64,000 nt of DNA, taken from the NCBI GenBank assembly GCA_029938635.1, contig JAOZUQ010000001.1:101070-165069 (forward strand). The letters run 5' to 3'. Source of the stretch: Candidatus Aminicenantes bacterium (GTDB lineage: Bacteria; Acidobacteriota; Aminicenantia; UBA2199). The position numbers and the translations under genes were made by a program. Every line of letters starts with the position of its first letter. Within the stretch, counting starts at the first letter, position 1. Positions 18,870-28,428 of the stretch are shown here, piece by piece. The notes below the pieces were generated by a model. That model ran no database searches, had not been told where the DNA came from, and worked only from the letters and a program-made list of their open reading frames with translations.

Positions 18870-21800
18870 TGACAATTCCTTCCGGGAAAAGCTCAGACAG
18901 ATTCACCCCTTTACCGATCGGCAAACTATATTCCTGGATAAAACATGAACTGTCTGCAGATTCAATTTTCGGTATCCCCCGCGAGTTATTCTTCCGGCCG
19001 TCAACAGAAAACAATTTCCATTTAAGCAGATTCGGGAAATTATTAGAAACTCCGGTAGGGCTTGCAGCAGGGCCCCATACACAACTTGCACAAAATATTA
19101 TTTCAGGGTGGCTTACCGGAGCCAGATATATCGAATTAAAAACAATACAGAACCTTGATCAGATAGAAGTTACCAAACCATGTATCGACATGAGAGATGA
19201 AGGATACAATTGTGAGTGGTCACAGGAATTAAATATCGACCAGTCATTTTCAGAATATCTGAAAGCATGGATACTAATACATTTTCTTAAGAATGAATTA
19301 AACATTGGAAGTGGTGAAGAACAGGGATTTATCTTCAATATGAGTGCCGGCTACGACCTGACCGGGATCAAAGGGAAAAAGGTAAGTGGCTTCCTGGAAA
19401 AGATGAGGAATTCTGCAGAACACAAAAAACTTCTTATTGAAGAGTTATCCGAGCACTTTCCGGACATTAGCAAACTAAAGATCCCTGATGAAATATCTGA
19501 TAACATAACCATATCGACAATGCACGGGACCCCTCCGGCAGAGATCGAAAAGATCGGAAGATATTTCATCGAAGAAGAGGGCCTGAATACAACAATAAAA
19601 CTTAATCCAACACTTCTGGGCCGGAATAAGGTAAGGGAGATAATCAATAATAACCTGGGTTACGATGTTGAGATCCCCGATTCAGCATTTGAACACGATA
19701 TTGAATATAAGGATGCACTCGAGCTTGTCAGGAACCTCAAGGATATCTCAGGAAAGAGAGGATTGTTCTTCGGACTTAAATTAACAAATACACTTGAATG
19801 CATCAACCAGGGAGATATATTCCCGGAAAAAGAGAATATGGCCTACATGAGCGGTAGGGCACTCCATCCGATTTCGGTCAATATTGCTTCTAAGTTCAGA
19901 AATGACATTGAAGATATAGACATCTCATTCTCAGCAGGAGCTGATGCATTCAACATTACAGATATACTATCATGCAACCTTATGCCGGTAACCGTATCCT
20001 CCGATATTCTTAAGCCGGGAGGCTATGGCAGAATAAGACAATACATTGAGAAAATTGAGGAAGCAGTTTCCGCTTCCAAAGGCAGAACAATAGAAGATTT
20101 TATAAAAAACAAAAGCGGGGACATCAAAAATACACCCGTGAAAGCAGCACTTATCAATTTAAACTCTTATGCAGAAAATATTGTAAGTTCAAAAGAATAT
20201 AAAAAAGATGGGTTTAAGAAAAAAGACACAAAAACTATCAGAAAACTGGACTTGTTCGACTGTATTAAAGCTCCATGTACAGATTCATGCGGAACATCCC
20301 AGGATGTCCCGGAGTATTTATATCTGACCTCAAAAAGAAAATTCGATGAGGCTTTTGAAACCGTGATAAAAACTAATTCCTTTCCCAATACGACCGGGAT
20401 GGTTTGTGATCATTTATGCCAGGTGAAATGCACCCGCTCCAATTATGACAATCCACTGAAAATAAGGGAAGTGAAACGATTCCTGGCTGAAAATTACGGG
20501 AATAATATTAAGCGGACCGGGAATCTCCCACAAAAGGGGACAGGTACTATTGCAATAATAGGAGCAGGCCCGTCAGGTTTATCTTGTGCAAGATATCTTT
20601 CAGAAGCAGGTTTTCAGGTAAAAATATATGAGAAAAACGATAACCCGGGTGGGATGATAGAAAAAGTGATCCCTGATTTCAGACAGGGAAGTAATGCTCT
20701 GGCTAAGGATATATCCAGGATCACAGATCCGAATATAGAAATTCTATATAACAATTATATTGACCCGGAAGAATTTAAAAAATTGAGCAAAGAAAATAGT
20801 TTTGTGTATATTTCCACCGGAGCTCCGGAAAGTATCAGGCTTGATATCGTGGGAATCGATTCTCCGGGTGTTTTAGATCCACTCCTATTCCTTTCTGAAG
20901 TGAAATCGGGAAACAAAGTTGAGATCGGGAAGAAAGTCGCAGTGATTGGCGGTGGTAATACAGCAATAGATTCAGCCAGAACCGCACTAAGAGTTGCCGG
21001 CAAAAATGCTGAAGTTACAATCCTTTACAGGAGGACAAAAAAAGAGATGCCTGCTGATAGTGCTGAAGTGATCTCTGCACTTGAGGAAGGGGTAAACCTG
21101 ATCGAGCTTATTGCACCGGAAAGTGTCATCCAAAACAGAGAAGAGAGAGCTTCTGGATTAAGGTGTTTTCGTACCCTTCTTGGGGAAGCTGACAGCAAAG
21201 GGAGAAAATATCCTGAAAAGATAGACAATTCCGGACTGGACCTCATGTTTGACACCATCATGCCGGCAGTAGGCCAGAGGCCCGAGCCTGCTCTCTTTGA
21301 TAAAGGAACTCTCGATCTGAAACGATCAGGGAGACTTTTCAGGGATGGTAACATATTTGCCGGAGGAGACGTGGGGCCGGGCACATCGACAATTGTAAAT
21401 GCTGTAGGTGACGGTAAAGCAGCAGCTGAAATTATTATTAGAGAATCAGGAATTGATCTTACGGACATTAACACTGATCAAAATAGAGAAACACCCTTAA
21501 ATGAACTTCGGTTGAAAAAAGCTGTAAGGAAATTTGGTGAACCGCTTAAGGAACTTCCTCCGGAAGAAAGGCTCATAACAGGCCCGGCAATAGCAGCCAT
21601 GACCCATGATGAAGCAGTAGCAGAATCATCAAGATGTCTTCTATGCGATGAACTATGTGACATTTGTGTTTTCGTTTGCCCTAACAGAGCTAATATTTCA
21701 TATAGTGGCGATTTGTTTTCAATAAATATACCTGTATTCGGAAAAACAGCAAACGGGATAGAAGTAATCGGAAAAGAAAATTTCTCCATAAAACAGCAAA

Positions 21801-22189
21801 ATCAGGTCATGAATATTACCGACCTCTGCAACCATTGCGGAAATTGTACAACCTTTTGCCCCACTTCCGGAAGGCCCTTTATGGACAAACCGAGGATCGC
21901 TATATCAGAAGAGAGTTTCAAAGATGATAATAACGTATATTTGATCTCAAGAGAAAACAAAATAAAAAAGATCATTCACAAAAAAGATTCCGGAAAAACC
22001 TCATACCATACTGAAAACGGGCTTTCCTTTTATTCTTCTGAAAATATTACTCTTTCATTCAAAATGGAGGAACAGGATATATCCGAAATTAGAATTAAGT
22101 ATAACACCGGAGTTTTACCGGATTTTAAAAACATTATGACTTTGAAATACCTTCTGGATAACATCCCGGATCATCTGCCCATCTCCTGA
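18869..22189 (+). CDS. ygfK: YgfK-family Fe-S flavoprotein oxidoreductase (often annotated putative selenate reductase)
   Basis: GLAAGPHTQLAQNI, KPCIDM.DEGYNCEWS, KLNPTLLG, FAD/NAD GxGxxG motifs, CxxCxxxCPNRAN and CNHCGNCTTFCP. Confidence 0.9.
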   Translation: MTIPSGKSSDRFTPLPIGKLYSWIKHELSADSIFGIPRELFFRPSTENNFHLSRFGKLLETPVGLAAGPHTQLAQNIISGWLTGARYIELKTIQNLDQIEVTKPCIDMRDEGYNCEWSQELNIDQSFSEYLKAWILIHFLKNELNIGSGEEQGFIFNMSAGYDLTGIKGKKVSGFLEKMRNSAEHKKLLIEELSEHFPDISKLKIPDEISDNITISTMHGTPPAEIEKIGRYFIEEEGLNTTIKLNPTLLGRNKVREIINNNLGYDVEIPDSAFEHDIEYKDALELVRNLKDISGKRGLFFGLKLTNTLECINQGDIFPEKENMAYMSGRALHPISVNIASKFRNDIEDIDISFSAGADAFNITDILSCNLMPVTVSSDILKPGGYGRIRQYIEKIEEAVSASKGRTIEDFIKNKSGDIKNTPVKAALINLNSYAENIVSSKEYKKDGFKKKDTKTIRKLDLFDCIKAPCTDSCGTSQDVPEYLYLTSKRKFDEAFETVIKTNSFPNTTGMVCDHLCQVKCTRSNYDNPLKIREVKRFLAENYGNNIKRTGNLPQKGTGTIAIIGAGPSGLSCARYLSEAGFQVKIYEKNDNPGGMIEKVIPDFRQGSNALAKDISRITDPNIEILYNNYIDPEEFKKLSKENSFVYISTGAPESIRLDIVGIDSPGVLDPLLFLSEVKSGNKVEIGKKVAVIGGGNTAIDSARTALRVAGKNAEVTILYRRTKKEMPADSAEVISALEEGVNLIELIAPESVIQNREERASGLRCFRTLLGEADSKGRKYPEKIDNSGLDLMFDTIMPAVGQRPEPALFDKGTLDLKRSGRLFRDGNIFAGGDVGPGTSTIVNAVGDGKAAAEIIIRESGIDLTDINTDQNRETPLNELRLKKAVRKFGEPLKELPPEERLITGPAIAAMTHDEAVAESSRCLLCDELCDICVFVCPNRANISYSGDLFSINIPVFGKTANGIEVIGKENFSIKQQNQVMNITDLCNHCGNCTTFCPTSGRPFMDKPRIAISEESFKDDNNVYLISRENKIKKIIHKKDSGKTSYHTENGLSFYSSENITLSFKMEEQDISEIRIKYNTGVLPDFKNIMTLKYLLDNIPDHLPIS

Positions 22190-22228
22190 TATCGACCGGA
22201 AAATAATATCTGATCGCATCTTCCCATT

Positions 22229-22257
22229 TTGATTTAAAGGGAATAGTGTAATAAAAT
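22229..22257 (+). promoter_or_regulatory. Sigma-70 promoter, probably leaderless
   Basis: TTGATT-17 nt-TAAAAT, 6 nt before ATG 22264, no SD. Confidence 0.6.
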
Positions 22258-22263
22258 TACTTT

Positions 22264-24327
22264 ATGAAGAAATCCCTGCTACAATTACTTCTTTTGTCAC
22301 TTCTGATCTCATGTGGGAATGAGATCGAACATAAACAGGTTTTCCTTCCTGACACAATTGATGGAGTGACATGCTTCCTTTTATCTGATCATACGAAGGA
22401 GGATCATTTCACAGGGAGTTGGGAAGCTCCTTTGCTCTCAGGAAAAAAGAAAAAAAAATCCAGAAGGCCCGGCAAAAGGGCAGGTAAACTGAAATTCATT
22501 TCTCTGAAAAAAGAAAAATACATTCTCGATACAAACTTCTTCTCTCCGGACAACCAGATATCTATTTCATTAGGCAACTCCCGGATCAAACTGGAAGGAC
22601 AAAAAAAGTTTTTAAGTGAAAAATTGATAAGAGAGGGAGAAAATTTCATCTCTTTTTTTCCAAAGAGAGGGATGAAATTAAATAATATATCCGTCTTTCC
22701 AAAAAGGATCCTGAGGACGAAAAACTATCAGGAGTTGATTAAAGATGAAAGAACGCTTTTTCTCCCAGGATCACTAAGATATTTTATCAAACCCGAAAAT
22801 AATGAATATTTAAATTTAAAACTGGATCTGCAGGGGAGAGAGAGTACAGAGCTGAAAATCCTTTTGTCGGGTGAGAATAAAAAAAAAGAATTCAGAAAAA
22901 AAATAAAAAACGGGGTTAATTTCACTATCAGGTTGTTACAGGGAGAATTTCAGGAGGTCCTGATCTCATTCCCGGGTCTTAAGAATGGATATTTAACAGT
23001 ATCTGAAAGCTTTATTGTTCATAAAACAGATATCAAAAAAAAAGATGAGGACAGGATAAATAAGATCAGAGATCTGGTGAGAGGCAAGAACCTGCTCTTT
23101 ATACTTCTGGATGCAACAAGAAATGACCGTACAGGATATAACGGATATACCAGAAGGGCCACTCCGAATATTGATAAATTTGCGATCAACTCTCTGGTTT
23201 TCTCAAATTGTTATTCAGAAGCTTCATACACACTGGCTTCCACCGGAACTCTTCTCACAGGTCTGCCTCCTGATTATCATGGTGTAATTTCAAGTTTTTA
23301 TTCATCTCTGAACAAAAGAGTAAAAACATTGGCAGAAATGTTCCTGGCAAAAGATTATTTTACAGGTGCAATTTCTGCAAACCCCAATTTCGGAAAGGCA
23401 TATAAATTTGATAAGGGATTTACAAAATTTGACGAATTGTTTTTAAATAATCCGGTTGTACAGGCAGAAGAATTTCTGGACCCGTTCAAAAAAATGCTCG
23501 ACAATTCCGGAGACAATCCATTCTTTGTATATCTTCATTTACGTGAACCTCATGATCCGTTTGCAATGCCGCCTCCGTTTCTGACCAAATTCCAGAATGA
23601 GTTTCAGACAACACCAGAAAAAATTCTTTCTATTTATATGGCTTCAGAAGGAAAATATAAGGGTAAAAAGGAGATCAGTATACTTCTCGGCAAACTTTAT
23701 GACGGAAATCTTGCTTACGGCGACATGGTGTTCGGAAAGATCCTTGACATCCTGAAGCGGAGAGGTCTCACTTCAGATACAATTGTTGTTTTTCTGTCAG
23801 ATCATGGAGAGGCTATAGGAGAGCACGGAGTTTATGGCCACGGGCATGTACTCTATCAGCAAAGTATGAGGATCCCTCTTGTAATAAAGATCCCGGGACT
23901 TAAAGGAGAGACATATAATTCACAGGTAATCACATCTGATCTTGTACGAACTTTATCAGATATTTTCAAGCTCCCCTATCTTTATAAAATGAACTCTTAC
24001 GGCAGGAATTTGCTGATTCAGGGAAAAAAGAGAAAACTTTTTGTCAGATCAATAAATGCGTACAATTATCCGGGATATATGGTCCAGCAATATCCGTATA
24101 AACTTATAATACACTTCCCATACAACGATAAAACCATGGAGCTTTTTAACATCGAGACCGATCCGGGGGAAAATCATGAAATTAAAAACAGACCCCTGAT
24201 AAAAAAGACTTTATTGTTCTATTTGTTCAATCACCTGAGATTAGCTTCAAAAATAAAACAGGGAATTGTAAATCCGGAGCTTAGAAAAAAAGATATTGAA
24301 TCTCTCGAATCACTGGGATATTTATAA
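22264..24327 (+). CDS. Sulfatase-like (alkaline phosphatase superfamily) lipoprotein
   Basis: Lipobox LLISC; LLDATR.D, TPNID, YTLASTGTLLTG, EPHDP, SDHGE, LESLGY. Confidence 0.8.
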   Translation: MKKSLLQLLLLSLLISCGNEIEHKQVFLPDTIDGVTCFLLSDHTKEDHFTGSWEAPLLSGKKKKKSRRPGKRAGKLKFISLKKEKYILDTNFFSPDNQISISLGNSRIKLEGQKKFLSEKLIREGENFISFFPKRGMKLNNISVFPKRILRTKNYQELIKDERTLFLPGSLRYFIKPENNEYLNLKLDLQGRESTELKILLSGENKKKEFRKKIKNGVNFTIRLLQGEFQEVLISFPGLKNGYLTVSESFIVHKTDIKKKDEDRINKIRDLVRGKNLLFILLDATRNDRTGYNGYTRRATPNIDKFAINSLVFSNCYSEASYTLASTGTLLTGLPPDYHGVISSFYSSLNKRVKTLAEMFLAKDYFTGAISANPNFGKAYKFDKGFTKFDELFLNNPVVQAEEFLDPFKKMLDNSGDNPFFVYLHLREPHDPFAMPPPFLTKFQNEFQTTPEKILSIYMASEGKYKGKKEISILLGKLYDGNLAYGDMVFGKILDILKRRGLTSDTIVVFLSDHGEAIGEHGVYGHGHVLYQQSMRIPLVIKIPGLKGETYNSQVITSDLVRTLSDIFKLPYLYKMNSYGRNLLIQGKKRKLFVRSINAYNYPGYMVQQYPYKLIIHFPYNDKTMELFNIETDPGENHEIKNRPLIKKTLLFYLFNHLRLASKIKQGIVNPELRKKDIESLESLGYL

Positions 24328-24340
24328 AGATTGAGAATAT

Positions 24341-25138
24341 ATGAAAAAAAATTTCAGGGAATACAGAACACTCGGTAAGACCGGGCTTGAAGTCAGCAGG
24401 CTTGGTATCGCTTCCGCATACGGACTGCCCACTGTAGCGATAGAGAAAGGGTTTTATGAATACGGGATAAATTATTTCCTGTGGAGCTCCCCTAAAAACA
24501 AAAAGATGGGGACAGCATTAAAGAACATATGTAAAAAGGATAGAGAAAAAGTGGTTACGGTCTTTCAATCCTACGATCATTCCGGCATCCTCACTCCCCG
24601 TTCTGTTGAGAAAGGGCTGAAGATACTGGGAACAGACTACACAGATGTGCTTCTCCTCGGCTGGTACAATTATCTTCCAAAAAGAGTGCTCGAAAAAGCT
24701 ATGCTTCTGAAGAAAGAAGGGAAGATACGGTTCATAGCACTATCGGGACACAACCGCAAATTATTCGGGAAACTTGCATCCGATCCGGATTGCCCGATTG
24801 ATATTTTAATGTTCAGGTATAATGCAGTTCATACAGGCGCGGAGAGAGATATTTTCCCCAATATTCCGGAAAAAGATGCACCCGGTGTTACGATCTACAC
24901 CTCAACAGCCTGGAGGAAACTTCTGAATCCAAAAAAAATGCCTTCAGGCGAATCACCTCTGACAGCTGCAGAATGTTACAAATTCGTCCTGTCTCATCCG
25001 AAAACAGATCTCTGTTTTACAGCTCCTTCTACTCAGGAACAACTCGATGAGAATATGATAGCACTTGATGATGGTCCCCTGTCTGAGGAAGAGATGAATC
25101 GGATTCGCAGGATCGGAAAATTCATATATAAAAAATAA
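24341..25138 (+). CDS. Aldo/keto reductase-fold protein
   Basis: RTLGKTGLEVSRLG, LGTDYTDVLL, EGKIRFIALS. Confidence 0.75.
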   Translation: MKKNFREYRTLGKTGLEVSRLGIASAYGLPTVAIEKGFYEYGINYFLWSSPKNKKMGTALKNICKKDREKVVTVFQSYDHSGILTPRSVEKGLKILGTDYTDVLLLGWYNYLPKRVLEKAMLLKKEGKIRFIALSGHNRKLFGKLASDPDCPIDILMFRYNAVHTGAERDIFPNIPEKDAPGVTIYTSTAWRKLLNPKKMPSGESPLTAAECYKFVLSHPKTDLCFTAPSTQEQLDENMIALDDGPLSEEEMNRIRRIGKFIYKK

Positions 25139-25152
25139 GGGAGATAAACCTG

Positions 25153-25572
25153 ATGTCAAAACTTATAAGATTTGGAGTTTCACTTAGTTCTGATCTGCTT
25201 AAACAATTTGATAAACTGATCGACCTAAAAGGATATAAGAACAGATCCGAGGCTATAAGGGACCTGATAAGGGAAGAACTTATCTCGGAAGAATGGAAAG
25301 AGGAGGGGAGGGAAACCGTCGGAGTTTTCAGCCTGGTTTATGATCACCACAGGAATGATCTATCACAGGTTATAAACAATATACAGCATGATAATCTTGA
25401 CATAATCCGCTCTTCAACCCATGTTCATATTGATCATAAAAACTGCCTGGAAGTAATAATTCTCAAAGGAAAAAGCAGTGAGATCAAAAAGCTGACAGAC
25501 CGCCTTACAAGCACTAAAGGTATTAAGCATGGAAAGCTTATTATGACATCGACCGGATCAGATCTCACCTGA
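25153..25572 (+). CDS. nikR: Nickel-responsive regulator NikR
   Basis: RFGVS ribbon-helix-helix, NRSEAIRDLIR, YDHH, QH, HVHIDH..CLE. Confidence 0.95.
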   Translation: MSKLIRFGVSLSSDLLKQFDKLIDLKGYKNRSEAIRDLIREELISEEWKEEGRETVGVFSLVYDHHRNDLSQVINNIQHDNLDIIRSSTHVHIDHKNCLEVIILKGKSSEIKKLTDRLTSTKGIKHGKLIMTSTGSDLT

Positions 25573-25580
25573 AATTCCTG

Positions 25581-26300
25581 TTATCTGTATATATACGGGA
25601 CTTCCAGTGAATTGCTTTCCATCAGGTTTTTATCAGAAAGTATTTTCTTCGATCCCCCTATGGCTTTGATAATACTATTATTCAGAATCATAACATTGTC
25701 ACAAATCTCTCCGATCATATTCAGGTCGTGACTTACTATAAGTTTCGTCCCTTTAAAATCCTGAATTAATCCGGCCAGCTCTTTTCTCCCTCCGGGATCA
25801 AGTTCATTTGAAGGTTCATCCAGAAGAAGTATTTCCGGACTACGGGCAAATGCGGCTGCCAGACAGACTCTTTTTTTTTGACCGAGGCTCAAATGATGAC
25901 TGCTTCTCAACTCGAATCCGTCAAGCCCGGCTGAATTGAGGGACTTCTTCACGATATCATTAATTTCTTCTTCCGAGTATCCGAGCTTGTTAAGCCCGAA
26001 AGAGATGTCTTCCTCAACATGCGGCATGAAGAGTTGATCATCCGGATTTTGAAAAACAAAACTTATTTTCTTTCTGATATCATTTATATTCTTCTCTGAT
26101 TTAATTTCTCCATTGATAATTATCTCACCACTATTGTTAATAAGGCCTGACAACGCAAGCAGGAGTGTCGTTTTCCCGGCTCCATTAGGCCCGATAATTC
26201 CCAGGGATTCACCTTCTGCAACTTTAAAGGAAATATTTTTAAAAACTTCAATTCCATCAGGATATGTATAACTTATGTTCTTCACTTCTACAATCGTCAC
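25581..26300 (-). CDS. nikO: ECF transporter ATPase (NikO/CbiO)
   Basis: GPNGAGKT, FQNPDDQLF, LSLGQKKR, LLDEP. Confidence 0.88.
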   Translation of the reverse strand: MTIVEVKNISYTYPDGIEVFKNISFKVAEGESLGIIGPNGAGKTTLLLALSGLINNSGEIIINGEIKSEKNINDIRKKISFVFQNPDDQLFMPHVEEDISFGLNKLGYSEEEINDIVKKSLNSAGLDGFELRSSHHLSLGQKKRVCLAAAFARSPEILLLDEPSNELDPGGRKELAGLIQDFKGTKLIVSHDLNMIGEICDNVMILNNSIIKAIGGSKKILSDKNLMESNSLEVPYIYR

Positions 26301-26932
26301 TGCAATCCTCCATTTCCATCATATCCTCTCATCAGCATTGCATGATATACTCTTTCAGCCCTCTCATAGCTTTTAATGAACAGGATCGCAAGTATCTGAC
26401 TGTATATTTTGAATATCCCGGACCCTCCGGTGCCACCTGACCTCAGCTTCACAGCTCTTATCATTTTTTCCATCTCTCCCGTCAACAGGAAAAAATACCT
26501 GTACATAAATGAGAGGATCATGATCATTATCCGGGGAAAATGCCATCGGGAAAGGGTTTTCATAATATCTGAAAATCTTGTGACCGATACCAGAAGCACC
26601 AGAGAAAAAATACTTAAAAATGACCTGACCGAAAGTATCAGCGAGTGACTCAGCCCGGATTCCATAAATATAGAGTTAAGTACTATTACCGGGATGATCA
26701 GCGGCAGGATAACAAGTGTCCTCTTTACAACATGTTTAACCGGGACACGCGAGAAAATCAAGATGATTATCAGAAGTAGTAACAGAGGGAGTGCTGAAAA
26801 TGATATATAGTCACCGGGCAATATAGTAAGAATAAGAACAAGTAAGATAACAAATAAAATTTTAACACCCGGGGATAACCTGTGGACAGGAGTGTCAAGC
26901 CCGCTGAAGTGATCCCAGAATGAGTGCCTCAT
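26297..26932 (-). CDS. nikQ: ECF transporter T component (NikQ/CbiQ)
   Basis: Multi-TM; YRY; SYERAERVYHAMLMRGY. Confidence 0.88.
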   Translation of the reverse strand: MRHSFWDHFSGLDTPVHRLSPGVKILFVILLVLILTILPGDYISFSALPLLLLLIIILIFSRVPVKHVVKRTLVILPLIIPVIVLNSIFMESGLSHSLILSVRSFLSIFSLVLLVSVTRFSDIMKTLSRWHFPRIMIMILSFMYRYFFLLTGEMEKMIRAVKLRSGGTGGSGIFKIYSQILAILFIKSYERAERVYHAMLMRGYDGNGGLQ

Positions 26933-27549
26933 ATTTTTTTCAACTCCAACAGGCCAGGTTTTAATTTTTTGATCATACCCAGAATCAGTACAGTTATAAA
27001 ACCTTCACCAACCCCCGCAAACAAATGAGATGAAAGCATAGCTATCATCCCTGCCTTCAGCGGTATCGTTCCGGAGACTATTAATTCCACCGCACAAATT
27101 GCAGCAGCAATAAATACTGCCGAAAATGCCGCTATAAATGCTCCTGAAATATACAACTTATTAGAAAATATCTTGAAAATATAATAACCAAGAACGGCCT
27201 GGATAACTGCAATATTCATAATATTCGCACCTGCGGTAATTATTCCTCCATGCTGAAATAGAAACGCCTGAAGCAGAACTGCTGAAGTAGTTATCAGAAA
27301 TCCCGATAAAGGGCCGAGAAGTATTGATATCAAAACTGCACCTGTAAGGTGAACCGATGTCCCTCCGAAAACCGGAAAACTTAATAATTGAGCAGTGAAA
27401 ACAAAAGCGGCAGACAATCCCATGAGAGGTATCCTCTCAGGTCTTATCTCTTTATCCAGTTTTTTTACCGAAATATATAAAAGAGAAGCTGATACGGCAC
27501 TCGTTGATATTAAAACAGGAAGCGAGAGGAATCCATCAGGAATGTGCAT
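26929..27549 (-). CDS. nikM: ECF Ni/Co S component (NikM/CbiM)
   Basis: N-terminal MHIPDGFL metal-binding motif; GGTSVH; HGG. Confidence 0.9.
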   Translation of the reverse strand: MHIPDGFLSLPVLISTSAVSASLLYISVKKLDKEIRPERIPLMGLSAAFVFTAQLLSFPVFGGTSVHLTGAVLISILLGPLSGFLITTSAVLLQAFLFQHGGIITAGANIMNIAVIQAVLGYYIFKIFSNKLYISGAFIAAFSAVFIAAAICAVELIVSGTIPLKAGMIAMLSSHLFAGVGEGFITVLILGMIKKLKPGLLELKKI

Positions 27550-28000
27550 CCAAGCTCCTCTTCCGGTCTCTTCTGGCTAAAGCAAAAAAGAGAACCCCTG
27601 TCAGACCGAATATCACCATGATACCTGATAATATCTTAATTCTTCTACCCACAGGTTTTTCAATTGCCTCATCCTGAACTATAGAGGAACCATTAATAAT
27701 GACATATTTTGTCCCTCCATGTCCGGTCCCGTCATTGACAACCACCTTCCATTTCCCATCCGCATCAGGGAAGAAAAGGAAACGCCCGTTCCTGTCTGTT
27801 ACTCCGACCTGGAACAGCTCATAACCATTTTCAGGTGAATATATAATCACATCTGCATGTGAAATCGGGTCACCGGAATCATATCTTGCCTCGATGCCGG
27901 TCCCGCCATTTATCAATACGATATCAACTCCATGCGAAAATAGGGATAATGGAAATAAAAGAGCGGCAAAAACAATAATTGATAAGAATAATCTATTCAT
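27536..28000 (-). CDS. NikL/CbiL-like accessory protein of the ECF Ni transporter
   Basis: Signal peptide followed by HGV; GVTDRNGRFLF.PD..GKW..DGTGH; C-terminal TM; first gene of the nikMQO operon. Confidence 0.7.
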   Translation of the reverse strand: MNRLFLSIIVFAALLFPLSLFSHGVDIVLINGGTGIEARYDSGDPISHADVIIYSPENGYELFQVGVTDRNGRFLFFPDADGKWKVVVNDGTGHGGTKYVIINGSSIVQDEAIEKPVGRRIKILSGIMVIFGLTGVLFFALARRDRKRSLDAHS

Positions 28001-28019
28001 CTTTCCTCATACAAATCCA

Positions 28020-28046
28020 GTGTTACCATTTTTGTAATCGTAGCAC
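28020..28046. promoter_or_regulatory. Probable NikR operator
   Basis: GTGTTAC-N13-GTAGCAC inverted repeat (1 mismatch) 20 nt upstream of the nik operon start. Confidence 0.65.
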
Positions 28047-28088
28047 ACGAAAAACCCAAATTCAACTCCCTCAAAAAATGCAACATCC

Positions 28089-28261
28089 GGGGACGGTTCC
28101 ATTTTTGTGTACAATATATTACAGGCGTAGCCATCCATCGGCTGTTGCGGCCACCTTGTATGTTAGATTATTAAATTAGTTTTACTTAATTTAATAGCTT
28201 GGGGCCGCTGATAATATCGAAAGCCAAAACTGAGTTGTCTATAAAAAAGAGAACCGTCCCC
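28089..28261. repeat. REPIN/MITE-like unit bounded by a perfect 11-bp inverted repeat
   Basis: GGGGACGGTTC (28089-28099) and GAACCGTCCCC (28251-28261). Confidence 0.65.
28122..28233 (+). repeat. Variant copy of the structured intergenic repeat (ends conserved, core replaced)
   Basis: Starts CAGGCGTAGCCATCCATC and ends CGAAAGCCAAAACTGA, as in the 61850-61987 copy. Confidence 0.75.
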
Positions 28262-28322
28262 AAATTATGTAGACAATATGGTATGGAAGAGGGCATGGGT
28301 TTTGTGGTATAATTTTAAAGTT

Positions 28323-28406
28323 GCCGAAGTGGCGGAATTGGTAGACGCGCAAGTTTCAGGTATTTGTGAGAGCAATCTTGTGGGGGTTCGAGTCCCCCCT
28401 TCGGCA
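28323..28406 (+). tRNA. tRNA-Leu(CAG)
   Basis: Acceptor GCCGAAG/CTTCGGC, D arm with GGTAGA, anticodon stem CAAGT/ATTTG with loop TTCAGGT, long variable arm, T arm GGGGG-TTCGAGT-CCCCC; discriminator A, CCA not encoded; TGTGGTATAAT upstream. Confidence 0.95.
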
Positions 28407-28428
28407 CACTTAATCAAATCCAGATCAT

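Noticed and set aside
28000-28320. Cobalamin or NiCo riboswitch upstream of the cbiMQO-like genes
   Set aside because: No B12-box motifs seen. The region is explained by a NikR-type operator and repeat elements.
28323-28406. tRNA-Sec or UGA suppressor (TTCA in the anticodon arm; selenium-linked yge genes nearby)
   Set aside because: The stem CAAGT/ATTTG fixes the loop as TTCAGGT, giving anticodon CAG. The 7-bp acceptor stem and A discriminator fit tRNA-Leu.
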